The notes beneath the pieces are model-generated. The model ran no database searches. It was not told the origin of the DNA and saw only the letters and a list, made by a program, of their open reading frames with translations. This document shows, piece after piece, positions 29,006 through 42,860 of a stretch of DNA of 64,000 nucleotides (its first letter is position 1; the number at the start of each line of letters is the position of its first letter). Origin of the DNA: Eledone cirrhosa (taxonomy: Eukaryota); NCBI GenBank assembly GCA_964016885.1, contig OZ024753.1:19096001-19160000 (forward strand), written 5' to 3'. A program made the position numbers and the translations under genes.

Positions 29006-29409
29006 GTCTCCATTATGTTTGTATTTCAACTCACGTCGTTAATATCAGCTGATCTGCGCTGACAAGAAAATTATCAGTTTTCATAGGAAAAGAAAACATT
29101 AAGTGTGTTATCACAAACACTAGATCTATATTAAATATTTATGTTAGTTATCGATTTTGAAATAAATTAACGAAATACTATAAGCTTAAAGAGCCAAGAG
29201 ATTTGGACTCAAAGCATAACCCGCATAAAACCAAAATTACTGCGTGTTTTTTATAATATCTCATTTATTTCAAGCAAATATAATATCAACTATAATTTAT
29301 TATTAAATATTTCTCTTCTAATATAAAGAAAATTATAATTGAATCATTATAAATACATTATAAGAAGGTGTGCTGGAAATTTCCTGGCTTTATGGAAATA
29401 CGTAAGTGT

Positions 29410-29826
29410 AGAGCTGGTACCCCTACAGGGGAGAGGGACTGCTGCAATATGTGTCACGAAAGGATAGAGCTCTGTTACCTTTAGAGGGGAGTTAGAACTG
29501 CTACAATGTCACGAAATGGTAGAGTTCTGTTACCGTTAGAGGGGAGGTAGGACTGCTGCAATAACTGCCACGAAAGGTTAGAGATGTTAACTTTTCAGGG
29601 GAGGTAGGACTACTGCAATCAGTGTCCCGGAAAGGTAGAGATATCAGCTTTAGAGGGGAGGTAGAGCTGTTTCCTCTACAGGGGAGGTAGGACCGCTGCT
29701 AACAAGTGTCACGAAAGACTAGATGTGTTACCTCTACAGGGGAGGTATGACCGCTGCAATAAATATCACGGAAGGGTAGAGCTTTTACCTCTACAGGGGA
29801 GGTAGCACCACTGCAATAATTGTGTC
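29410..29826. repeat. Minisatellite, ~55-60-bp unit, ~7 copies
   Basis: Recurrent TTACCTCTACAGGGGAGGTAGGACTGCTGCAAT..GTCACGAAAGGTAGAG. Confidence 0.85.
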
Positions 29827-30746
29827 AATCTGAGAGGGGAATAAGTTGTATAAAATCATAATTAAATGATTCTCCTGTATTTTCTAAAGCCAGGAACTTT
29901 GCAGTAACCTCTCGTATATAAATGTTGCATCTGACTGAGTCTCTGACAATATAAAAACAAATATCCGTCAGTGACGAGTTCCCTACAGTAAATTTACTTT
30001 CTCTATGTTTGCAAAACATGTCTGTTTCCAAGCAATATATGAAGATTCATGATTTAACTAATCAATCATTTTAGATCAATAACAAATATGTAGAAGATGA
30101 ACATATTTTATTAAATGAAACACAATACATATTTTGCTATCATTTGTACAAGCTACATGATCATTTTGATCTTATTTTCTATTTTTGCAACGCATTGACT
30201 TAATTTTCTATGACATCAAAATCAAAATGTGTTGGTAATGATCTTAATACCGTGGTCTAGTAATTACGGAAGTGACTTTAAATGGTATTGTGGAGTGTGG
30301 CAATATAAATATGAAAATAAAGGAGTAAACATAAGGTAATGGAATCCATTTGTAAATATATTAAACGTTTAGAATATGCCAACAACAACTGTGTACTATG
30401 ATCTAAAGTGTGTGATATATCATGTTATTTAAAGTAATATTAGGTTTCATATATGTATATAATCTCTAGGAACCTGTTCGAAATATGACGAAGATCTGAT
30501 ATTAGATAGTTGACCGAAACGGGCAACAAAAACAAGAACATGAATAGGAAACGACAATACATGCCACCCAGCAAAGAAATTACTGCTATATAAATTATAT
30601 CTAGAGGATGTTTGTAACTATAGAAATGGCAACAACAATATATGCAACTCAAAATCTACAATACACACGTGTCATGAGATTTACAAAGTTTCAATAAGCA
30701 TAGACGGTTAAACAAATACCGTAGATATAAAAATAAAAGGGTCCTC

Positions 30747-30794
30747 CTTCTTCTTCTTCTTCTTCTTCTTCTTCTTCTTCTTCTTCTTCTTCTT

Positions 30795-30826
<32 letters not shown>

Positions 30827-31620
30827 CGTTGCATTATCTTTATACGAGTTATCCGCAAGTCACAACCAGTGACCTCAAGAGACAACAAGGTCCGCCATGT
30901 TCAAGAAAGAACATACATACACACACACATGCATATTTAGGTGTTTAGACAGAATCTTCCTTAGTATATGGGCAGTTCCCATTAGTACTATCTTTTGTAT
31001 TTCTGCTATACGCAGGTTTCTTGGGATTTGCGATAAGTAATCAGTAGACCCCTTAGGTATCATTCCTAGAGGGCCTACAACCACTGGTATCGTTTTAGTT
31101 CTCAATTTCCACATTTTTCCAATTTCTATCTCCAGGTCCTTATACTTGCTCAAAGTTTCAAATGTTTTTATAGATACATTCATGTCTATTGGAACGGACA
31201 TATCAATTAGCAGGCATACCCTCTTCTTAAAGTCCTTCAGTATTATATCAGGTCTAATTGCATCTATTTTTCGGTCTGTTTGGATGCTAAAGTTCCACAA
31301 GATTGAAATGTGATATTTTTCAAGTATGAGAAGTGGTTGATGCTCCCACCAATTCTTTTGATGGGGCAGGTCAAAATGCTTACACATCACCCAATGTATG
31401 TATTGTGCAGCTCTGTCATGCCGGTTTAGGCATTCGGTTGGAGCTATAGGACTGCATATTGAAATTATATGATCAATGGTTTCTGGTTGTTTTTTACATA
31501 CACGGGATAATGGGCTACATCCATTTTTTATTATGTTGGCTTGGTAATTTTTTGTTGGCAGACACTGATCTTGTGCTGATACAATCAGTTTTTCAGACTC
31601 CGATTTCAGTCCAGAGGACT
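30747..31620 (-). mobile_element. 3' fragment of an R4/Dong-like LINE (restriction-like endonuclease)
   Basis: ILWNFSIQTDRKIDAIRPDIILKD..LIDMSVP..KYKDL..IPVVVGPLG. Bounded by (GAA)n at its 3' side and (TAA)n at its 5' side. Confidence 0.85.
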
Positions 31621-31657
31621 TTATTATTATTATTATTTTTATTATTATTATTCCTGA

Positions 31658-31850
31658 TGGATTGGCAGTATCAGTAGAGGGTCGGACGCCATGCTTTCCA
31701 GTATAGTTACGTCCCTTTACGATCTGAGTTCAAATCCCGCCGAAGTTGACTTTGCCTTTCATCCTTACGGTGTCGATAAAATAAAGTACCAGTAATGCAC
31801 TGGCTAATTGCTGGCTTTGTGCCTAATGTAGAAACAATTATTATTATTAT
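31658..31850 (+). mobile_element. tRNA-type SINE (octopus-like; Nin-like central domain)
   Basis: A-box-like TGGCAGTATCAG, B-box GAGTTCAAATCC, core TTTGCCTTTCATCCTTACGG..TCGATAAAATAAAGTACCAG, (ATT)n tail. Confidence 0.8.
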
Positions 31851-32778
31851 ATATATTTTTTTCTTCTTCTTGGTATTCCCCAGGGCAACCAGCCCGTAGT
31901 ATCAGAGCTGTGATATCAGAGAAGTAATCGCTATTCCTGGAGCTTCTCTCTTCTGATCACCGAACTACGCAGTCTTCTGAGTAAAGTTGCTACGAAGACC
32001 CTTCGGAGGAATCTCCTTTTGGTCGCTTGTATTCGTGATCTTACGAACGTTGAATATAAAATGAACATTTGGCCGCGGTATTCTCACACTACGAGGCCGA
32101 ATGTTATTAAGAAACTTAAAATAGTCCTTAAAATCTGATGTTAAATGCCAATGGATATATAATCGCGATATCGGTTACCTTATTATGTTTTCAATAAAAT
32201 ATAAATTTGAAAATTGTTAGTAAACAAGTAAAATTCATTGCATGAAAAGATGTCCATATTTGGTGTATATTTTAATGGCTTTAGTTGAGGAAAATCTGAA
32301 GCAAACATAGTTGTATGCGAACCATAAATTTTGATTGAGAAATATTATATATCATATATTGCAGTACACCTTGTTGTTTCATGTTTTTAATCGAATATTT
32401 TTACGTATTACATATATACTGAGTTATATATTTCTATCAAAATTTTAATGAAGGTTTATTCAAAAGTATAAAAATAAAATTATAAATTTAAAAGGGTTAG
32501 AAAAAATAGCAATTTCATTGTGTGTGTGTTCAGCGGTTGGAAATTGATAGCTACAGTATGTTTAACATGCCATTAGTGTAATGCTGAAACTAATAATCAG
32601 TGTGTAAAATATATGAAGAGAGTAAATAATTGAAGATCTTAAATCACAAATAACTTCTAAGTCACGTGCGTTGCTATATTCAGGATATATAATGAAACAT
32701 GCAAACGACAGGGATTTCCTGAATTCTTATACATACCCACTATCCATATTCTACAATACACTAAGCGAACTACAACAC

Positions 32779-32846
<68 letters not shown>

Positions 32847-32873
32847 CACAACAGTTAATATATATATATACGA

Positions 32874-33647
32874 CACAACAGTTAATTCACCATACCGAGA
32901 ACAATTGTTTCATCTTAGCGGATCCTCAGCTCCTAATGGTCATGGTTATATGGAATAGGAAGTACAACCGTATGAACGCGCATGCGCAGAAACGGTCACT
33001 TCAACCAAGCAATACAAAATCTCGGGCGAAAATCAGAAAAATAGTTCGAGCTGATAAGAAAATTAGGATGTTGTTGTTATTCAATTCGAAGCTTTGTACT
33101 TATGCAAGTGGTGTTTCCTGACATGTGGACAACGTGAGAATATTTTATTACTTGAGTTTAGGCAATCGCTATTGCGTAATCTCCTTAGACTATTTATCCG
33201 TTCATCAATACACAGTGCACAAGAGGATTGCTCCTTGCGTATGGCTTGGACCTAATGATGGCTTTGCTTTGAATGGAGTAGTCTATACTTGAGTCCTTGA
33301 GGGAGCATACGTGGCTCTCTAGTTTCGTGGATGATCGTTTGTCCGGGTCCCGAAAGGTCGACTGATGTCCACATGTCAGGAAACACCTCTTACATAACTA
33401 CAAAGCTCCGGATTGAAGAACAGCATCATCCTAATTTTCTTATCAACTCGAACTCTTTTTCGGACTTTCGCAGTTATATCAGTTATACCTTTCGGCCGAG
33501 GTTTTCCATTGCTTGGGTGAAGTGACCGTTTCTACGCATACGTGTTCATACGGTTGTCCTTCCTATTCCGCATAACCATGAACATTACGAGCTGAGAATC
33601 CGCATAAGGTAAAACAATTGTTTTCGGTATGGTGAACTAACTGTTGT
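32874..33647. repeat. Diverged inverted repeat (arms ~32874-33131 / 33365-33647), PLE-like 3' ends
   Basis: Arms are reverse complements with substitutions and indels, each with an HHR motif near the outer end. Confidence 0.8.
32896..32933 (-). ncRNA. Minimal hammerhead motif (degenerate twin at 33588-33626 +)
   Basis: Minus strand: GAG-CTGAGGA-TCCGCTAAGAT-GAAAC-AATT-GTT-CTC. Stem II is weak. Confidence 0.55.
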
Positions 33648-34106
33648 GTTACCACTTCTACCTAACTCGTCCCATGGACTGAGTGCTCTACCACTACGGA
33701 TATTGCCTTCCAGTGTTCTACCTACCCCTCTCTATCTCTCTCTCTCTCTCTTTTATTGACCAACGCATAAAAATATAGATATAAATATATATAAAAAGTC
33801 GATGAAAGTTCTTTCATCACACACGTGTGACATCATCAATGGTACTATTAATTTTTCGCCCGCTTTATTGTAATGTGTATTCCATTTATTCTATATTCTA
33901 ACTTTTGTTCACTCAATGATGAGCATTGATTGCCAGCTTAATTAACTATACGGATATAAAATATACAGACGCGAGAACCAATCCAAACCAAACAGTGAGT
34001 GTGTTCTATTATTATTTCTGGTAATATTATAACAATATGACCCTCCCTAAGTATAAATATAGGAACACACACACACACACCCACACACACACATACAAAC
34101 ACACAT

Positions 34107-34219
<113 letters not shown>

Positions 34220-35459
34220 GTGTGTGTGTATGTATGTAAAAGGTAAACAGAAATAACAACACAATCGGTACAGTATATGGAAGGGATATATTAGGTTAAC
34301 GCTTGATATAGCAGGAAAAAGGTCTTAACGTTCTGGACGCTAGTCCTTCATCAGAAGAATGAATGAGAAATAAGATAAATTGAGGGGACAAGCGGGATAG
34401 AATTGGAGAAAAAGTTTTTAGATATAAATAACAGGTCCATTCATGTTGACATCTCTTGCAAATATCAAAATTATGCTCCTAATCTAATCGAAGAGGAGAG
34501 ATAACTGATTAATTATGATAATTATATGTCAGTAGTGAGAAAGACAGTGTGCTAAATGTGTATTAGATACAAATCAAGCGAACAATGTAAGCCAGAGAAA
34601 TAATGTCAAGCAAAAAATTGTATAAGCAAAGCATAGAAATTAAATGTTAGAGAAAACAATAGCAAATTATTGTACAAATAAATTTAATGGCTGACAATTG
34701 TTTCGATAACTATATCAGCATTCTGCTCATACAGATGATAATTATTGATTAGACAATCGATAGTACTAAGTGATCTTAAAAAGAAAAGTTTGATATAATC
34801 TACTCATCGGAGTCGAAAAGAAAATTTAAACATAAAAATTCAAAAATACATGTCATTGAAAATAGGGACTACAATAAATATAAAACTTGAAGAATACCTT
34901 TCCATATACTGGAGATGTAAGTAAGATAATACTACATTATAGATTCTAAGTGTTTAACCGTTTAAAAATAATGGAGAAAATATGAAACCGGAAGTAGGTA
35001 TAACAAGAGCCATAACTATGAAGCAGGGGAAATACATAAGTAGAAAAATATAATAGTTAATTAAAGACTTTTTTAATATTTAAAAGAAGGAAAATTATCG
35101 ATAAAAACAAAATTAATGATTTAAAAGAAGGAATATATAAAGTATATAGTCAATATATATGTATATGTGTGTATATATGTGTGTATTTGCATGAAACAAA
35201 TTTGGTATGTTTATGTATCTAAGTGTGTGCATTTTACTGCTTGCGTGTACAGCTTTGTCAGTCTGTATTTGTGCGTAGTTGCTTAATTGCATAATTTTAC
35301 ATAATTTGGTGCACATATATACGTACGCATTCGCATGCAAATTAATTCATGCGGTTGACGGTGTGGGAAAATTGAGTGAATCTATGTCCATAATTGTATG
35401 GGTATACCTTTTCATTGTATGTTTGATGAGTCTACATGGTTGTGAATATATATATATAT

Positions 35460-35496
<37 letters not shown>

Positions 35497-35643
35497 CAGT
35501 AATTATTTGCTTAACTTTAATCTGTACTAATAATAAATATTTACTCTACGGGTTTATATATATTTATATATATATACAATCCTTATTGAACCCTCTTCGG
35601 ATTTTGGTATTCATAATTATTATCGCAATTATTCCTATAAATA

Positions 35644-35752
<109 letters not shown>

Positions 35753-35821
35753 GAAGTAATTCCGTCGGAAAAGTCCAGGAAAAAAGAGTGCTCTATGTAG
35801 GTAACAGAGCTTAATAGTTAT

Positions 35822-36563
35822 GTAATAAACAACATTAGGCAATTATTCCATTTACCAGTGGTTTCTTAAAAGCAAAAGATTTTGCTTTCAATCATCAGAA
35901 TGAAAAAAACCTGGTGTATTTATTGACATTGGATTCTAAAAACAAAAATGCAATCTATATGAAAGTGAGGCTGGAGAAGGAAGAAGTAAAGGAAAAATAA
36001 AATAAAAACACACTTGCAAACACACACACACACAATTATATACATACACACAACATATGCATACATACACATACATATATACAACCACACACATATATAT
36101 ACATATATATAAATATATATATATATGCATACACATACACATATATATATTTATATTTATATATATATATGTATATATATGTGTGTGTGGTTGTATATAT
36201 GTATGTGTATGTATGGATATGTTGATATTTATGTGTGTATGTATGAGTATATGTATGTGTATGTATATATATACACATATATATGTGTGTGTGTGTGTGT
36301 CTGTTTGTATGTGTGTATGTATATATATATATATGTGTGTGTATGTATATAATTGTGTGTGTGTTTGCATGTGTGTTTTTATTTTATTTTTCCTTTCTTT
36401 CTTCCTTCTCCAGCCTCACTTTCATATAGGGTGCATTTTTTTTTTAGAATCCAATGTCAATAAATACACCAGGATTTTTTTCATTCTGATGATTGAAAGC
36501 AACATTTTTGCTTTTAAGAAACCACTGGTTAATGGAATAATTGCCTTATGTTGTTTATTATAT
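35822..36563. repeat. Inverted repeat (arms ~35822-36052 / 36336-36563) with a low-complexity spacer
   Basis: Reverse-complement arms with TA tracts outside. Confidence 0.85.
36479..36537 (+). ncRNA. Type I hammerhead ribozyme (twin at 35846-35905 -)
   Basis: TTTCATT-CTGATGA-TTGAAAGCA-loop-TGCTTTTAA-GAAA-CC-ACT-GG-TT-AATGGAA. 9-bp stem II. The twin has a GUA triplet. Confidence 0.85.
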
Positions 36564-36586
36564 GACTATATATATATATATATATA

Positions 36587-37000
36587 TTACACGAGCGAAA
36601 GCTGGAGGAGCACAGCAATGACAGAGAGTTGGAGGAACTTATTCCACCAGCGGTGCCTGCGCAGAATCATTCTAGTGTTCCGGCGTGATCGAGTGCGAAG
36701 CGAGGAAATCCTGCAGAGAGCCGAGTCGTGGAGCATGCGAAGAGTGTTAACGGTGCAACGGTGTCGCCTGGTTGGACATATTCTGCGCCTGGCCAACGAA
36801 CGACACACAAAGACAGCGATGAACTGGACTTCACCTGGTGGCAAACGCAAGTGGGGTTGCCCCGTGATCACCTGGTGACGAACGTTCGAAAACGACCTGA
36901 TGACAGCCACCATCACTTGACACGGACGCGAAAAAGCCCACGCTGATGGTAACCGTTGATGATTGCTTAATGCACGATGCGCCGGAAGAACTTAACACTA
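36587..37000 (+). mobile_element. RTE-clade LINE 3' fragment
   Basis: FHQRCLRRI..RDRVRSEEILQR..GHILRL..AMNWTSPGGKRKWGCP. Confidence 0.75.
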
Positions 37001-37037
<37 letters not shown>

Positions 37038-37759
37038 CGAGGAAATAATAGACAAAAATATAACTATATATAGTTCAAGGAAACGACAAAATAGCGTTAC
37101 AGTCTTATTAGTGCAACCCTTCATAGGGAAAAAAGGGAAAGAATGTTTGAAGTGCCGAGTTTTAGCCATTTCCTTTCAGGAGTACAAACAAATAAAGACA
37201 GGATCACATAGGATAGAAAGAGAAAATAAAAGGAAGTTCGTAGTAATAACAAAGAAAATAATTTGTACTACTTTTGGCACAAGGCCAGCAATTGCCACCA
37301 CTGTATTACTGGTGCTTCATTCTACCAACCCCGTAAGGATGAAAGGCAAAATTGACCTCCGAAAATGAGAGTAGACAAGACAAACCTTTAGGTAGTCTTG
37401 GTAACGATTTTAGAACGCAAACGGAAGTGTGTGTGTATTAGTGTTGATATTAGATATTATGGGTGAGTTTATGCGTATTTAAACGCGTGTGTGTATTTTT
37501 TAAGGTGTGGATGTATTATAACAGTGATGTTGCCGAATATGTGACTGCTTGTATGCATGTGATCAATTAAATATATGTGCGCAGTAAAATAATCTCCTGT
37601 GTGCATTTGTCAAGCAGATCTGACGCCAAGACTAGGAAAAAGATTCACAGCTTGTCTTTGTTCGTTTTCTTCTCTATGAATTGATGTCATATCTTCATTA
37701 CTTAGTTGACTCTAATTCTGCGTTGGTGATAGTACCACATGCAGCAACATTATTACAAT

Positions 37760-37945
37760 CATTGGCAGTATCGGTAGAGGGTCTGAGACCATGCTTTGCA
37801 GCACAGATTTACGGCCCATGCCATTCAGAGTTCAAATCCCGACAGGGTTAACTTTGTCTTTCATCCTTACGGGGTCGATAAAATAAAGTACCAGTAATGT
37901 ACTGGTTAATTGCTTGCCTTGTGCTAAATGTAGAAACAATTATTA
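37760..37945 (+). mobile_element. tRNA-type SINE copy
   Basis: Aligns to 31658-31850. A partial reverse copy lies at ~37270-37365. Confidence 0.8.
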
Positions 37946-38214
37946 CCATCACCATCAGCCCTGCTGTACTTACTCAGGGCCAACTTCTTAGTGACGTGGT
38001 TTCTTGCATCACCAGTTCGTATATTTTAAGTCACCTTGAATGCTCCTCGGGAACTCATGGACCCCATTTAATCTTGTGTCCATTCTTTATTCTATATCTT
38101 TTAAATCCTAATTCTTTAGATTCTTACAGTTTTTCTTAGATTTTATATCGTGATTCGATTATTATTTTCCTTATTTTTGCCCTCTTTTCTACATGTCATT
38201 ATTTTTCTTTCTTT

Positions 38215-38412
38215 GGGTGGATTGGCAATATCGGTAGAGGGTCGGACGCCATACTTTGCCACATAGATTACGACCCTTTATAGTCTGAGTTCAAATCCCG
38301 CAGAGGTTAACTTTACCTTTCATCCTTACGGGGTCGATTAAATAAAGTACCAGTAATGTACTGAGTGATTGCTGGCCTTGTGCCAAAAGTAGAAACAATT
38401 ATTATTATTATT
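38215..38412 (+). mobile_element. tRNA-type SINE copy
   Basis: A and B boxes, core, (ATT)n tail. A further 3' half lies at 38864-38968. Confidence 0.8.
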
Positions 38413-39597
38413 TATAATTGTGTTATTTATTATATATTTTTATTGTTCATTGTTACTATTTATGGCGAGTTAAAGGCGATTGATTGACAGAATTGGAAGA
38501 GCGCCGGATAAAATGCTCTAGCGATATTTGCCTGGCATTTAACCTGTGATCACAGATAAATACGAGGCTGTTTAAAAAGTGAATCTTTCTAACCAAAACC
38601 ATATATTTTAACGATTTCTCACGTAGAATGTAAACAATAAATCTAATTATCACATGGCCCACATGACAGGTGCAACGTGTTCCAACACGGAAGAGTTGAA
38701 CTCCCACTGTCATAGCCTCCACCTCTCTCGTCCTCCCATCTCTCAGTATTGTGAGCAAATGGGGTCTCACGAGCTGGCCGCCATACAGCTCCGGCGGACA
38801 GAATGGAGAAAGCGTGTCCCCGGAGGATGGTAAGGGAGATGAGCTGAAAGAGCCATTTCACCTGTTCAAATCCCTCCGAGGTTAACTTTGCCTTTCATCC
38901 TTACGGGGTCGATAAAAATAAATATACTGGTTAATTTCTGGCATTGTGCCGAAAGTAGAAACAATTATATCTGTAGTCACATTAGCATTCCTTGACGTCA
39001 GATCTATTTGACACATACTGTACAATGTCTGGCTCATCATCATCACACGGATGAAACAACTGCCATATCCAGCAGGGCTGTAACAGCAATAACTACAAAG
39101 TAATTTTAATGTGGGTTATAATATTACCTTTTTAACGAAAGAGTTCACTCCATTTCACTTTAAAATCAATCATGGAGGAACCAAACTCGCTTTCCTGGTC
39201 ATTGCATTTTAAGAGAAGTATATATGTGTGTATGTGTGTATGTGTGTGCGTGTGTACGTATGTGTGTATGTGTGTGTGAATATGTGTGTTTGAGTGTACG
39301 TATGTGTGTGTTTGTGTGAGTGTGTATGTGTGTGTGAGTGTGTGTATGTGTGTGTTTGTGTGAGTTCGTGAGTATGTGTGTGTGAGTGTGTGTGGGTGTG
39401 AGTATATGTGTGGGTATGTGTGTGTGTGAGTGTGTGTGTGTGTGCGTGAGTATATGTGTACATTAACCATTACTTCATTACCCAACTGTCTTTTGTCTTT
39501 TACTCATTCTTAAATATTTGTTAATATTTTCTCACTTTCAGATTCTGTTTCCATTTTCTTTATTTTTAGACAGACTTGTGGGTGACTGGGAGGGGTT

Positions 39598-39682
39598 AGA
39601 TGGTGGGTCAAACACTGGCTGGGGCAGTAGATGGTGGGTCAAACACTGACTGGGGCAGTAGATGGTGGATCAAACACTGGCT
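39598..39682. repeat. Minisatellite, 31-bp unit x~3
   Basis: TAGATGGTGGGTCAAACACTGGCTGGGGCAG repeated. Confidence 0.85.
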
Positions 39683-39999
39683 GTATCTAGTTACGCATCT
39701 TTAAGTTCACAGTTGAAATCTTGATGAAATTGGCTTTACATACCGGGGTTGATACATAATTTACGGTTCCTGAAATATAAAATACGTCCGGGCCCATAAG
39801 GGGCACAACTGTAGTCATAAGCAGTGATGTCAGTAGATGAAGGATGTTTTGGGTTTTAGTTAGATTCACAGTATCAAACTTAGCCTCGGCTTATGAAGAA
39901 TACTGAAGCTGAGATACTTGAACTACAAGGACAACAATGAATATTTCACATGGATATGATAAATGTAATAACAGAACATTGTTGGAATAATTGCTTTTC

Positions 40000-40258
40000 A
40001 GCCAATGATTTAAAATGTCTTGCACAGTGTTGGCAACCAAAACATTCACCGGGAATAGCCGGCTGTGGTTGGAGTTCATGTACTTTTGCATGTTGTTTGA
40101 GCCCTCCTCCTGATTTACACTCTCTTCCACATGTTTGACAGGCATGATGAGTAGCATCTCCAACAGCAGCCTTGTAGTCACTACTGGTCTCACTTTATGA
40201 CTGCGAAGATGACTTTCGAGTGCAGCTTTGCTGAGGCAGAGTCTCGCACAGACACTGC
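40000..40258 (-). pseudogene. Tandem C2H2 zinc-finger fragment, probably from an RTE LINE C-terminus
   Basis: CSVCARLCLSKAALESHLRSH, then after a frameshift CQTCGRECKSGGGLKQHAKVH and CQHCARHFKSLA. Flanked by ~62-bp direct repeats. Confidence 0.6.
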
Positions 40259-41231
40259 ATGAATATTTCACATGGATATGATAAGTGTAATAAAAGAACA
40301 TTGTTGCAATAATTGCTTTGCTCCTAGTTTGGCGTGTTGATATTATAGCTAGCAGAAAGACAAGGGAGGCCACTCTGTGGAGTATATAAAGCCGGGCAAT
40401 TTGATGCAGCAATCATGATACACGCTACCCACCCTGTTGTTTCTCTCGTATTTATTATTCTGTCCTATCCTGTTGTATTTACTAATAATGATACAAAGTA
40501 TTTCATCTTTTTCACCTAACAGCCTCATCACGACATTCTCAACACTCATTAATTTTCATTATACTTTCGCTTTCCTTTGTAGCTGCTTTGATGTGGAGCT
40601 GTATAAAGTATTTTTGGTATGATAAAAAAAAATATGAATTATAATCCAGGATTACCATTCATTTCTCGAGAATTTTGAAGTATTTGGGATTATTTTTCAA
40701 AATCGGGAAACACTTTTTCTACAATGATTTTGTAGAAATATCCTTTGAACGCCGAATATTACAATTTGTCCTGGAAATCTTGCAATTCTTTATTAGAAAT
40801 TTCAGGCCTTACTCCGAATTCCTTTATTGTAAACGTCGTATTTAGGAAATGTAATGTGCCGATGAGAATGGGTTTTCGTTTTTTACTGAAAGAATTAATA
40901 ACTGACCTTTTTAAATCTGCCTGGCTTACAAATATTTAGATGGTCAAGCATGCATGATACAGTACATTCATCTAAATTTGTCCAGTAATTAGCTTCGATT
41001 CTAATTAAATATGGACATCTATTGTAGGCTTAAATTATATTTGTCTTTTGAAGCTCATCAAAGTTTCTCTTGAACTCGATAGTATGATTTCCACCTATTT
41101 AAGTGGCCGGCATTTATTACATCGAAGTACCTTTCCAATAGTATTATTGACATTTATCGTTTCTTTAATGCTGCCATTTTCAAAACATGACATCAGCGGA
41201 ACGCCATATATATATATATGTATATATATAT

Positions 41232-42175
41232 TTCAATTTAGTAGTCAATTACAATTATTAAGCTCTAAGAAAATACTTCTGAGCATTACATTACAATTTA
41301 AAAAAATATGATCAACACTAGTGTGTTTTTTTTGCAAAATGACAATAATTTTTTAGCCAGATAGAAATACCTTAATTCAAGTACCTTAATTCAAGTACCT
41401 TAATTAGGCACCAGGCAGTTGCCATTTTACGTCTGTAAGTATAGATTTAATATTTAATATTTTCTAGATCGATACAGGCGGACTATATTTTACTTGAATT
41501 AAGGTATTTCTATCTGGCTAAAAAATTATTGTCATTTTGCAAAAAAACACACTAGTGTTGATCATATTTTTTTAAATTGTAATGTAATGCTCAGAAGTAT
41601 TTTCTTAGAGCTTAATAATTGTAATTGACTACTAAATTGAAATAAATCTGCTCCTTCGGTAGAGCTGAATTCATAATCCCATATTTACGGCTGTTATTTC
41701 TAGCGCCATGGATATGAGCCAGAATGCTGAGAAGGTCGTGTGCAAAAGCACATGTATTAGGCTTGCGACAGATCAGTCTTAAGATTATTATCTTAGGAGA
41801 AATAACTATAATTTCTGGCTGCCTATTGAAAATCACAGAAAATTGATTAGTTCACTAATACTTATTTTATAAATAGTTGTTCCGTAATTAATTAAATATT
41901 TCATTAGTATAACATCCCTTGTGAAACAGGTTTATGTTTTGAAGTTCCGACCGATCTGCTGAAAAGGTTTGAATTTTGAAATTTAAACTTGTCTAGGCAC
42001 CAGGCAGTTGCCATTTTACGTCTGTAAGTATAGCTTTAATATTTAATATTTTCTAGATCGATACAGGCGGACTATATGTACTTGAATTAAGGTATTTCTA
42101 TCTGGCTAAAAAGTTATTGTCATTTTGCAAAAAAAACACACTAGTGTTGATCATATTTTTTTAAATTGTAATGTT
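41232..42175. repeat. Non-coding element with an inverted end (41232-41383 / 41491-41642) and a partial tandem repeat (41405-41585 / 41995-42173)
   Basis: Direct sequence comparison. pLTR-like architecture between TA tracts. Confidence 0.75.
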
Positions 42176-42206
42176 ATGTATATATATATACATAACATTA
42201 CAATTT

Positions 42207-42296
<90 letters not shown>

Positions 42297-42366
42297 TATA
42301 TATATATACATAAGAGAGTATTGAAGTTTGCTTGAAGGATTGTGGAATAATAAGTAAATATCTTTC

Positions 42367-42825
42367 AGTCGTTTGGAAGCCTCGACAATGCAAATGGGTA
42401 AATCTCCGGGTAACAAGATCCGGTGGTGGAGAGGGAGATGTAAGTGGGTGTACGTTGAGATGCGTGGTGTGTATAAGACGTGTAGAAGAATGAAGGAAAG
42501 AGTATAAAGGATAAAATTAAAATACCAACACGAGAGAGAGTTACCTCGGGAGAGATTTAATTGTCCCTATATATTTCGGATTCACATCCATCAACAGTTG
42601 ATGGATGTGAATCCGAAATATATAGGGACAATTAAATCTCTCCCAAGGTAACTCTCTCTCGTGTTGTTATTTTTATATTATCCTTTATACTCTTTCCTTC
42701 ATTCTTCTACACGTCTTATACACACAACGCATCTCAACGTACACCCACTTACATCTCTCTCTTCACCAACGGATCTTGTTACCCGGAGATTTACCCATTT
42801 GCATTGTCGAGGCTTCCAAACGACT
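42367..42825. repeat. 459-bp near-perfect palindrome centred on 42596
   Basis: 229-bp arms with a 1-nt loop and a few mismatches. Confidence 0.92.
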
Positions 42826-42860
42826 AAAACATATATATATATATTTATATATATATATAT

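Noticed and set aside
31658-31745. tRNA gene
   Set aside because: A and B boxes belong to a multicopy SINE head, with no intact cloverleaf.
34690-34730. Hammerhead halves (also 56905-56930 and 28140-28185)
   Set aside because: The GAAA/stem III side is present but there is no convincing CUGANGA or stem I.
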